Shown here: piece by piece, positions 14,970 to 24,430 of the stretch
How the letters are laid out: each line of letters starts with the position of its first letter
How positions within the stretch are numbered: the stretch's first letter is position 1
Source of the DNA: Priapulus caudatus
Lineage: Eukaryota
Assembly (NCBI RefSeq): GCF_000485595.1
Contig: NW_014577082.1
Location: 61,376-125,375 of the forward strand
Reading direction: 5' to 3'
DNA: 64,000 nucleotides
Notes under the pieces: model-generated
The model's database searches: none
What the model was told of the DNA's origin: nothing
What the model saw: the letters and a program-made list of their open reading frames with translations, nothing else
Made by a program: the position numbers and the translations under genes

Positions 14970-17900
14970 CCTATCTATCTATCTTCCTATCTATCTATCA
15001 CCCCCTTTCTCTTTCTTTTTCATTATATATAATTAAATATATGTGCGTGCATGCGTGTGCGTGTGATCGTGTATCATGACGGATAGCTAACGTATTTATC
15101 CTGATATTAAATTCTAGACACTGCACCTGAATCCGTTAAGGAGCTTCCAACGATCTCCAAGAGAAGGAAGAGAATTTTCAACTGGGGTCCTCTCGCGAAG
15201 CACGGCGGCAGAGCCTGTGGCTTCATGCCGGACGACGGAACCGGAAACGTCGAGGTGTGTACTGACGTCATCGCGTCGTGACAGTGATGATGCGCTGCAC
15301 AATATTAGATTCATATTTATAAATAATAATGATAATATAATAATAATAATATAATTGATATATAATAATCAAATACAGATCTGGCGCATCCACAAGTTCA
15401 AGATGGTTCCGCTGGAGCCGGATCAGTACGGATTCTTCTGCGGCGGTGACAGCTACGTCATCAAGTACTCCTACCGCAAAAAGCTGAAGGAGGGCAAGAA
15501 GAGCAAGAAGGAGAACTACATCATCTACTTCTGGCAGGTCCGAGACCTAACATGGTGATACCCCGCGTTAAGAAAGTAATGCGTTCCAGAAAAAATCGTC
15601 CGTAACGCGAAATTCCGTAACGCGAATCACGCGTGAAATGGGAGGTTTTTGGATGTACAACCGTTGTTTCCTTTAAAAAAATTTCGAAAATGTTAATTTT
15701 CGTTTGCTATCGCGAGTAAAAGGGGCTTAATCTCCGATATGAGCGTGGACGAATTTACGTAAGCCGAGTTATCGTAACGTGGAGTGTCGCTGCGCGTTAA
15801 TCGTGCCGTAGATTAGACGAAAATATGGGGGTGTGGTTTATATCGGGAAAATCTGTCGGAGCAATTCTATAAATTCAATTCTATTCTATTCAATATATAA
15901 TCAAAACTAACTATTGCGGTTTCTGATTAAACATTGAGACTTGTGATTAATGCTGAGACTGCTGATTCTGTGGAAACAATTCTCTATACACTTCTAAAAT
16001 TCAAAAAAAATTTAATCAAAATTAAATAATTATAAGGCGCTCCACTTTCATACGGATGGGAAGTACGTGTATGTGAGCGACACTCGTAAAAAAATCTCAG
16101 TCGACATCGCTAAAATAACTAAAGCATAACTTAATACTTTCCATTCCTATATTATAGCAGACGTCATTAATGTGATAATGGTTAGTTCAGCTAGCAGGAT
16201 TTTGATTGCGTGTCGGGTTTTTTCTTGCTACCGTAGGGTAAAGAAAGCAGCCAGGACGAGAAGGCTGTGTCTGCATTTAGCGCGGTGAAACTGGATGACG
16301 AACTAGGTGGCGCTGCAGTGCAGGTTAGTCTCTGCGTTCGCTGTCGTTCAGTAGAGTACAATTAACGATAGGTGCTGTGAATTCACACGCTATTCCTGCA
16401 GCTATTGTGTTTGTTCTACATCGGTCAATTGCCAAATGTATTCATGTGTACACTTGACTGTTGATTACTCGTGGAACACATCGTGTAAAATGTAAATAAG
16501 ACAACAACGAACCCCTTAATTACGAAACGTACGCGCACACACGTTCACTCACGCACATCACACACACACACAACACACACACACACCACACACACACACA
16601 ACACACACACACACACACACACACCACACACACACACACATTCACACATCCACCCACACACAGCACGCACGCACGCACCGCACGCACGCACGCACGCACG
16701 CACAACACAACACACACACACACATACACACACACACACATACACATACGCACACACACACACACACACACACTGATATAATAAACTATAACATTTAAAT
16801 TGATTTCAGATCCGCGTTGTTCAAGGTCGGGAACCGGAGCATTTCCTGACCATCTTCAAAGGAAGAATGGTTGTCCTCATGGTAATGTCACAAAGATGTC
16901 CTAGTTTTATCCTTCATCATAGTTATACGCTATAGTGCACAATTGGATAATAGCTTCAGTGGAGAAATACGAAATATTTTGGTCTCCGATTCTCTCTAAA
17001 CTTCCACGTGAAGCTAAAACTACATCGACTACATCGTTAATTATTTTAATTCAACATTTTGGCGTAGCAAGGGTTTCTCGATTTTACAACATCAGTTGGA
17101 TGCACTTTGCAATGCAATGATCGCTGTAACACGATTCGTTGCGTGCTTCCTAACACTACGCGCACTCTGCGTGTGTAGGGTGGCAAGGCGAGCGGCTTTA
17201 AGAATATACACGATCACGACACGTTTGACGTTGACGGCACCCGCCTCTTCCACGTCCGAGGAAGTACGGAAACCAACACCAGAGCTCTGCAGGTACAATC
17301 AGCCGCGAAGGCCTGCGTAACACAAACACACCGCGGAATCCCTAGCGCTTCTCTAGGCGGCTTCTCTATAGAGAACTGCATTTCACATTTGATGTACACG
17401 TGTCCTCTTTCGTCCACGCCAAAGTTAACGTAATATCATGTTAGAAGAAATATACTATTTTGTAATATGCTATTTATATTACAGTTATGATACACTAGTC
17501 ACTAGTGTATTTACAATAATTGTAAATATGATGTTAGGTGGCCGTACATTTGCTTTCTATGCGGACATCGAGAGGGGTGTTTTTTTTAAAGCACTGCCTA
17601 TCATGGAGTCTGATTTCACCCGTTTGTGTTTAGGTTGCTGAAGTGCCAGACTCGCTAAACTCTGAGGATGTCTTTGTGCTTGAGACTCCTTCTAACACTT
17701 TCGTGTGGCAAGGAAAGGTAGGTTTTGGTTGTATATTTTACTGCGGTATCGTGTCACAAAATTCAGAAACGTTAAATATTACGTATTATACATCGGGAGC
17801 TCACCACGAGTTTAGGTTAACATTAAAGGTATCTAGTTCTTGCTATTGCACATTATTTTCCTTATGATTCACGAAATACTATGTTTATTGTTAGGCGATT

Positions 17901-18701
17901 GACAATATTAATTGAAATGCGCGTCATAAGATATACTCTTTTGATTAGAAATGTGATTTTCCTTCCAAGACCATTGCATTTTGTTGATTAATCAACAATA
18001 CTAATCTATCGATACAACAAACTTTTTTATATAATAGTATATATATATTTATATATATATATATATCCCATAGAGCGAGCTTTCGTCATAACTTCTCCTC
18101 TTTATGCTATTGACAGAATAGCCTGAATATATAATTATATATATATATTCTATACGTCAAAAAATAACGCCTAATAAACCATGAAATTCTATCGATATAT
18201 CAGTATTGATTTAGAACAGCACCTATTCAAAATCAATACTGAAATATCGATACGCTCTTTATTGATTAAGCTTGCAATCGTGCTCGCAGTAGCGTACGTA
18301 TATCAGCTGCCTGCATTCATTTATTACTGATATGTCGATACGTGGTTAGTTAATCATTGTAAGCGTGCTGTGTTCGCCACGCGCGCAGGGCTGCATCGAT
18401 GTGGAGCGTCAGATGGGATTCAATCTGGCAGGAATTGTATCTCCTGGTGGTGAGGCCGTGTCCTTGGAGGAGGGAGAGGAGCCCGAGGAGTTCTGGATCT
18501 GTCTCGGAGGTTACGGCGAGTATCCGTCGAAGCACGATTGGGTGAGTGACGAAGATGATGTATATCTTGTAATCTCTATCTACCTCTCGCTCTCTTTTTC
18601 TCTATCCATGCATCATATCATGTTATCAAGCTTAGGCTACTATCCATTTTGCGATCACACACCCGCGCGCGCGACGCATACAAACAAGCACACGCGTGCG
18701 C

Positions 18702-18739
<38 letters not shown>

Positions 18740-18749
18740 CAACACACCA

Positions 18750-18780
<31 letters not shown>

Positions 18781-21700
18781 CACAACACACACACACACAC
18801 ACACAGCACACACATATATACGCTGCGCGTTTGTTACACAGCACGCACATTCCCGCCATAGGACACTCATTCGCCAAAATCACACGCAAACGTCACGTAC
18901 ACTCAGTACGGGACACGCACAGTGCATACGCGCACGTCTGCATGCACTCACGCTCTTCATTTTACTTTCTCTTACGCTGATTCTAATCTCGCATTCTGCT
19001 TCTCTCTCGCACACTCCCACTCTCGAATGTATTTCGTGACGGCAATCGCGGCGGAAGTCTTATTAAACTACACAGAGACACGCCGGCTCAGACGCGCAAC
19101 TGTTGATATCAGCTCTTACATAAATTACTACGTACGTAACACACGCCTATACGCTCGCTTCCTGCTTGCAGCGAGAACCCACGCGCCGCTGCCACGCGCG
19201 ATCTTCCAGGTCGCACGTTCGCGTCAACAAGAGGCCTGCAACGCGCGAGCGAGATCGAGAGTTGGCAAGCGCGAAGGCCAAGGTAAGTAGGCAATGTACA
19301 TGGTAAAGTAAGGAAGTATGGGTAAAGGTAAAGTAAGGGCGTAAAGTAAGGGAGTATTGGGTAAAGGTAAAGTAAGGGTAAAGTAAGAGATGGTATAATA
19401 GGTAGCTAAGAGTATGAAGGTAAGTAGCTAAAGTAAGCGAGTATGGTACAGGTAAAGTAAGGTAAAGGTAAAGTAAGCGGCTAAAGTAAGGAGTATAGCG
19501 TAAAGGTAAGTAAGCGGTAAAGTAAAGAGTATGGGCTAAAGGTAAAGTAAGGGTAAAGCTAAGGGAGTATGGGTAAAGGGTAAAGTAAGGGGTAAAGCGC
19601 TAAAGTAAGGGTATAGCTTAAGCGAGTATGGTAAAGATCAAAGTAAGCGTAAAGGTACGAGTAAGGGTAAAGTTAAGGAGTATGGGTAAAGGTAAGAGTG
19701 AAGGGGTAAAGTAAGCGAGTAAGGGTAAAGTAAGGAGTATGGGTAAAGGTATAAGTAAGCGCCTAAAGTAAGGGTTGGCGTAAAGGTAAAGTAAGGGTAA
19801 ATGGTAAAGTATGTGTAAAGGTAATAGTAAGGGTAAAGTAAAGAGTAAGGGTACAAGGGTAAAGTAAGAGTAAGGCGTAAGGTAAAGTCAGGGTAAAGCC
19901 AAAGTAAGGAGTAAGGCGTAAGAGGTACATAGTAAGGGTAAAGTAAGGAGTAAGCGTAGGTAAGTACGGGCATATAAAGTATACGTAAGCGTAAAGTAAG
20001 GTAAACTAGAGTTAAGGGGTAAAGTAAGCAGTAAGGGTAAAGTAAGGGTAAAGGGTAAAGTAAATGAAGGGTAAAGGAATAATGGGTATAGTAAGAGTAA
20101 GGGTATGGTAAGGTAAGTAAGGGTAAGTTAAGATGTATGGCGGCTAAGCCGCTAAGCTAAGGGCTAAGTAAGGAGTAAGGCTCTAAAGTAAAGTAAGTGC
20201 GTTAAAGGTCAAAAGTAAGGGTAAAATAAGGAGTATGGCAAAAAGTAAACGGTAAAGTACAGTATGCGAAGCTACTAAGGTTAGGTTAAAGTAAGGAGTA
20301 AGAGTAATAAGTTAAAGTATAAGGAGTAAGGGTAAGGCTAAAGCTACGAGGATAATTGGTAAAGGTTAAAGTAAGGGTAAGCAGTAGGGAGTAAGGCTGT
20401 AAAGGTACAAGTACGCCGGTAAAGTAAGGAGTAAGCAGGTAAAGCGTAAAATAAGTCCGGCTAAAGTTAAGGAGTAAGGGTAAGGCTAAAGTAAGGGATA
20501 AAGTTATGGAGTAAGCGTAAAGGTAAAGTAAGGATAAAGCGTAAGACAGAGTAGTTGGGTAAAGGTAAAGTAAGGGCAAAGTAAGGAAGTAAGGGTAAAA
20601 GTAAAGTAAGGGTAAAGTAAGGCAGTATCGCGTTAAAGCCGTAATAAGTACATGCGGTAAAGAAAGGGAGTATGCGCTGTAAAGTAAAGGCTAAAGTTAA
20701 GGTAAAATGTAATAGTAAGGAGTAATTCGGAAAGGTAAAGTAAGCGGTAAAGTAAGGAGTATGTTAAAGGCTTAAAGGTAAAGTAAGGGTAAAGATAAAG
20801 TAAAGGTTAAAGTAGAGGAGTAAGGGTAAGAGCTTAAAGCTACGCGGTAAAGTAAGGCAGTAAGGTAGTAAAGCGTAAAGTAAGTGCTAAAGTAAGGAGT
20901 AAAGGTAAATGTAAAGTAATGGGAGTAAGACCGATGCCAAGGACGTGAGCGGTGGGGCTGTGATATGAGGGCGCAGCAAGGTGTGGTTCCGTCAGAGGTG
21001 CAACCTCTACGAGGCGCAGGTAGTTCACTTGGCACACTGTACGGATTGGCCCCGTCGCCGCGAATCTCTATCTGCTTCTAATTGTGCGCGTCCAGCTCCT
21101 ATTTGCGGCCAGATGTCGCTGATGACGTTCAATATTCCGGTCGCCTAATTTTGGAGGTCGGTGGCAAGACGATACGTGATTCGAATCTGGTGGTCTTACT
21201 GTATCGATAAATTAATGCCTTCTTAGGTGTCGTGCGTGACTTCCTATTGCATCGCTTTATAACTACATGGTAGTATGGCAATGTTGTCTGCTAAGATGCG
21301 CCTAACCATTAGCTTAGACCATGCTCCTTCCTCCTATCAATGTTCGAGACAAAAAAAAATCCTTACTTTTCCTTACTCAAACCACCGATTTCTTTTCGCA
21401 GGATCTGATGGTGATGACGTCACTGATTACTGGACAGTGGAGCAGATCGGAGTAATGTTGATGGTTACATCGGACTCGTCTCCCGTCTGTCATTGCTAAA
21501 ATGCGTGCCGCTCCGCGATTTTCTTCTTACAGCCCATTTTCACCATCCCTATGCTTAACGTACGTTATTAATTATAAATTCGTTATAGTGTTGTTATATT
21601 AACTATTATGTGGTTGCTCATTCTTTATTTTAATCTCTCGACCACTTGGCGTCGCAGCATCTACATATAGGCCGTTGGCAAGGGATCACCAACCCGAGGA

Positions 21701-22093
21701 ACGAAAGAAGGGATATTGATCCTGGGCTGTGGTAGGCTATCATGTCTAATTGTTTATTTTTGGAAGCGGTGCACAATATCCACCTTGAATAAAGGAAGGC
21801 GTGGAGTATGAACATCCATTAAAGCCATTACCTGCGTTGTGCGTCAAACTAGAACATTACTACAGCACTTTGCTGGTCGCGAGATGACCGGCGACAAGAC
21901 ATGGTCGTCACGAATTCACACCGTTTCCAAACTATATAATGCAGCTATTATTAACCCAGTTTTCACGTTTGAGTGTGCGACAATGGGACGAACTAAAGCA
22001 AATGAATCATAGTGATGTCGATATATATAATATATAAATATATATAAATATACATAATATATATATAACTATAATATATAGTATATCATATAT

Positions 22094-22128
<35 letters not shown>

Positions 22129-22349
22129 CTATATATATATATTATGCCTTGTCGTCGTACAGCAGTTTCGCATCCTTTGCATACGCAACTATACAGAACG
22201 CATTTCTCTCGCCGTAGCAATATAAGAGCAGAGCCAACGCGGGCGCAAGGATGAAGATGCCGTCGTCTTCGAGATCCAAGCAAGGTCACGAGCCGGACAC
22301 GGTTCGTTGGCCTACTTCGAGTCATGACGCCGACAAGCGCATGTGGGGG
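1305..22349 (+). CDS. GSN: Gelsolin/villin-family actin-severing protein, six gelsolin domains, spliced (22 coding exons, ~750 aa)
   Basis: Exons with canonical AG/GT boundaries and matching phases join into [53 protein letters not shown]...[43 protein letters not shown]...-QGHEPDTFVGYFESWDKRMWG, the G1-G6 gelsolin motifs. Exons 1-18 total 1926 nt with no stop. Orthology within the family (gelsolin/adseverin/villin) is not resolved. Confidence 0.93.
1587..1745. repeat. (TTG/TTA/TGG)n trinucleotide microsatellite
   Basis: Direct reading. Confidence 0.9.
2281..2425. repeat. (CTGT/CTGC)n tetranucleotide microsatellite
   Basis: Direct reading. Confidence 0.85.
2470..2801. repeat. 20-bp minisatellite (CTAGCACATACTGGCTTATC)n
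   Basis: About 16 tandem copies. Confidence 0.9.
4194..4268 (+). CDS. GSN: Gelsolin-like exon 2
   Basis: ttttcag-type acceptor; [25 protein letters not shown]|gtgagt. Confidence 0.95.
4367..4509. repeat. (CTG)n microsatellite
   Basis: Direct reading; a second CTG run at 5547-5585 abuts an N gap. Confidence 0.9.
4629..4775 (+). mobile_element. hAT/Charlie-type non-autonomous element (Charlie4z-like), 3' truncated
   Basis: Starts CAGTGGTTCTGAACC after CTTTAGAT (Charlie-type target). Body GGACCCATTTGAAAATCTGGTGAAAGCTACGGACCCCTCCCCAGAAAATGCACA...GGTTCACGGACCCCCTGAAGCCCATCCACGGA matches my recollection of the Charlie4z consensus. Confidence 0.65.
5251..5316 (+). CDS. GSN: Gelsolin-like exon 3
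   Basis: ttctttcag|[22 protein letters not shown]|gtaggg. Confidence 0.95.
8679..8809 (+). CDS. GSN: Gelsolin-like exon 4
   Basis: ttgcag|[43 protein letters not shown](K)|gtaagt, phase 2. Confidence 0.96.
9625..9695 (+). tRNA. tRNA-Gly-GCC: tRNA-Gly(GCC), intronless, inside gelsolin intron 4
   Basis: GCATCGG/CCGATGC acceptor stem, A box TGGTTCAGTGG, anticodon loop CTGCCAC, B box GGTTCGATTCC, TTTT terminator a few nt downstream. Confidence 0.97.
9838..9943 (+). CDS. GSN: Gelsolin-like exon 5
   Basis: tttgtag|(K)[35 protein letters not shown]|gtaaat. Confidence 0.96.
10265..10375 (+). CDS. GSN: Gelsolin-like exon 6
   Basis: atag|[37 protein letters not shown]|gtacgt. Confidence 0.95.
11065..11131 (+). 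CDS. GSN: Gelsolin-like exon 7
   Basis: gtag|[22 protein letters not shown](D)|gtgagt, phase 1. Confidence 0.93.
11390..11513 (+). CDS. GSN: Gelsolin-like exon 8
   Basis: gtag|(D)[40 protein letters not shown](R)|gtacac, phase 2. Confidence 0.92.
11586..11675. repeat. (AAT)n microsatellite
   Basis: Direct reading; another run at ~12343-12426. Confidence 0.9.
12686..12779 (+). CDS. GSN: Gelsolin-like exon 9
   Basis: cgtag|(R)[31 protein letters not shown]|gtagag. Confidence 0.9.
13435..13533 (+). CDS. GSN: Gelsolin-like exon 10
   Basis: tgcag|[33 protein letters not shown]|gtgagt. Confidence 0.96.
14535..14697 (+). CDS. GSN: Gelsolin-like exon 11
   Basis: ccacag|[33 protein letters not shown]...GEVLE(D)|gtacgc, phase 1. 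Confidence 0.93.
14735..14999. repeat. (CT)n followed by (CTAT)n microsatellite
   Basis: Direct reading. Confidence 0.9.
15118..15254 (+). CDS. GSN: Gelsolin-like exon 12 (G3-G4 linker)
   Basis: ttctag|(D)[45 protein letters not shown]|gtgtgt. Confidence 0.9.
15379..15537 (+). CDS. GSN: Gelsolin-like exon 13
   Basis: tacag|[53 protein letters not shown]|gtccga. Confidence 0.96.
15553..15792. mobile_element. Tc1/mariner-pogo (Tigger-like) MITE remnant
   Basis: Imperfect TIRs TGGTGATACCCCGCGTTAAGA / TCGTAACGTGGAGTGTCGCTG with internal CGTAACGCGAA sub-repeats. Confidence 0.5.
16237..16323 (+). CDS. GSN: Gelsolin-like exon 14
   Basis: ccgtag|[29 protein letters not shown]|gttagt. Confidence 0.96.
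16530..16773. repeat. (CA)n/(CGCA)n microsatellite
   Basis: Direct reading; similar run at ~18690-18815. Confidence 0.9.
16810..16881 (+). CDS. GSN: Gelsolin-like exon 15
   Basis: tttcag|[24 protein letters not shown]|gtaatg. Confidence 0.96.
17179..17292 (+). CDS. GSN: Gelsolin-like exon 16
   Basis: tgtag|[38 protein letters not shown]|gtacaa. Confidence 0.96.
17634..17717 (+). CDS. GSN: Gelsolin-like exon 17
   Basis: gtttag|[28 protein letters not shown]|gtaggt. Confidence 0.96.
18389..18541 (+). CDS. GSN: Gelsolin-like exon 18
   Basis: cgcag|[51 protein letters not shown]|gtgagt. Confidence 0.95.
19172..19282 (+). CDS. GSN: Gelsolin-like exon 19 (start of G6), corrupted by indels
   Basis: cctgcttgcag acceptor and AAG|gtaagt donor; a fragmentary PR(A)IFQ...EIE reading fits the G6 PRLF...EI motif; no single clean frame. 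Confidence 0.6.
19300..20928. repeat. GTAAG/GGTAAA purine-rich satellite in intron 19
   Basis: About 1.6 kb of noisy GGTAAAGTAAGG(A)GTAAGG units; cleaner copy at 39957-40145. Confidence 0.92.
21402..21451 (+). CDS. GSN: Gelsolin-like exon 20 (in-place copy with indels)
   Basis: Matches the clean copy at 40560-40607 (DLDGDDVMILDSGADE). Confidence 0.75.
21658..21731 (+). CDS. GSN: Gelsolin-like exon 21 (in-place copy with indels)
   Basis: Matches the clean copy at 40796-40861 (IYIWVGKGSTNEERKKGYDLGV). Confidence 0.75.
22218..22349 (+). CDS. GSN: Gelsolin-like exon 22 (in-place copy with indels)
   Basis: Matches the clean copy at 38096-38221. Confidence 0.75.
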
Positions 22350-24430
22350 GTCAGTATCTAATCACGTTGGCGCCGATACATTCGATCAAGTGCTCGGCCG
22401 TAAATTAACTTTCAGTGTACTTTAGAATTATTTGTAATTACGGAGGTGATATCGCTGAGCTAAGTCTCTGATTTCACAGATAACATGCATTCGCGTGACG
22501 CCTAGTGTAATCATAGTAGATACGTTAGTCATAGTAAGTAATCTAGACTACAGCTCTCTGTCGCGTCGAAAGGTTGGCTTCTGCTTAACATCGCAGAGAC
22601 GATTCCCGAGCCTGTACTAAAAGGAAACTGTACGGCTAAATGTCTTTACTTACTTGGATGCATCCAGGCTTATTGGCCATCATCGCACATTTGTTGTGAT
22701 CCCAATGCATTGTTATCGTTTAGGACTAGTTGTTCGCTTGTGTTCTGATAAGGATCTTAGGCGGCGTGTATGAAACGGCTGCGAAAGCTAGTCTAAGGTA
22801 TCTCCACAACGCGGTGCGATGGATGTTATTTTTGGACTCCTTTGCGGGAGCCTTTAATAAACCAAAAACGCTACCAACCAGAAATTCAGCGGTAGCGTGA
22901 GTCGAGTGTACACATGTTGATGTCGCGACACATCAGCTTTAAGATACACAACAGTATTCGGCATTCGGTGTGCTAGTGTGTTATGCCAGTGGAATTATAT
23001 AGTTGACTGGCGTATTAAGCGGTTGTCTACAATTGCGTCTATGAGATAAAATGCGTAAATATTCGCGAGAAATTGCTAGCAAATGTGAGAATCATCGCGG
23101 TTTCCTAACAGCGTTTGTGTTTTACAGGACAAGCGAATAAGTGTCGGACATCTTCACGAATAAGACCTCATTTTGTAACGCGTCATGTTGAGTAGTTTCT
23201 ACACTCAAGAGCGAAACACTTTACAATGGTATATTTATGAAGATGTACGCTGCAGGAAGAGTATCGAGATGAGCCGATAAATCGGCATATTATCAAAGTG
23301 CGTGCATATTTGCCGCTATACGCCTATTCGCATTGCTTAGCACAAACACTAGTTCACAAGCCGCTAACAAACCGTGACGGTTTTCGTACGCGCTAGTGAA
23401 AAGCATGATTAATAATGTGCGACGGTAGAACGGTTCGATAGATAGTTTAATAAAGTCTGATACAAATTAGCTAGTTTAACCTTTCTCGATTTTACGCCGA
23501 GCCCTTTTGTCCGTTTGCACTCATGTCTTTTTAAAACGCATTAGCAGTGAATATGAGTAGAAACACAAATTCCCTATTGATTTCGAATGAAATTCTTCTT
23601 AGTTTGCTAATTCCTATCGCGCTTCATTTATACTTATGTTGATACAGGTGCTTGAATTAACGAGCCCGTGTGCACTGCCCTCATAACATGACGATATATT
23701 TTATGCCTCGCATCATCTACATATTATACCTATCCCAAGGAGTTTGATTTGGTAACATAATAACTTAGCCCTTCCAGTTAGTATTAGAAATTTGGCTTTC
23801 GCATTCCTTCACCGCACCAAGCGCTTTCAATCTCATGACTAGCTTCTCATCATTCTATCTCTCACTCGCCTGATTTTTATACTTCCTCGCGCCGGCCGTT
23901 CTCTCCCCGGTTGTACATTTCTCTCTTCCTCTTCTTCTCTGATTGTCTTATCGTAGCATGTCGTCACCGGCGCGAGCCCGTGTCGTGGTGTCGCCTTTTA
24001 GTGCTGACTATAACTTTTCGATCAATGAGTGCGATACTTAGCGTGCGCCCACGCTTTGTGAGCCCGTCCTACATTCTCACATCTGCACGTCTTTAGTCGT
24101 GTCATCATCACATCAACACATCGTTTGCGTCACTTCCATCTTGTAATCTTGAGGATGTTGGTGGATCTATTATTCAGGTAATTTCCTCTTGGTACGTTTT
24201 TGCTACACGGTGCCGTTTGATAGTTTAAGTAGCTGAGTGTGGAGATTGCAGTTCGAACTAGTGGCGCCGCGCCATACAATTAGCATCTCATATCGCTACC
24301 GCCGCCAAGTGCAAGAGACTTTTTTGGGGTTTATGCCTGGTAAACAGTACACTATGAAAGCTAAAAAATAAAATAAAATGAAATTTACTTTTAAAACTAT
24401 TGTAGTATATTAGTTTTAGTTCTTTATTCT

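Noticed and set aside
19638..21037. LYPY/TLTL-rich minus-strand ORFs
   Set aside because: Translations of the GTAAG satellite
19172..22349. Gelsolin as a 3'-disabled pseudogene
   Set aside because: Indels are equally dense in the flanking introns and clean copies of exons 20-22 exist at 38-41 kb, which points to read error
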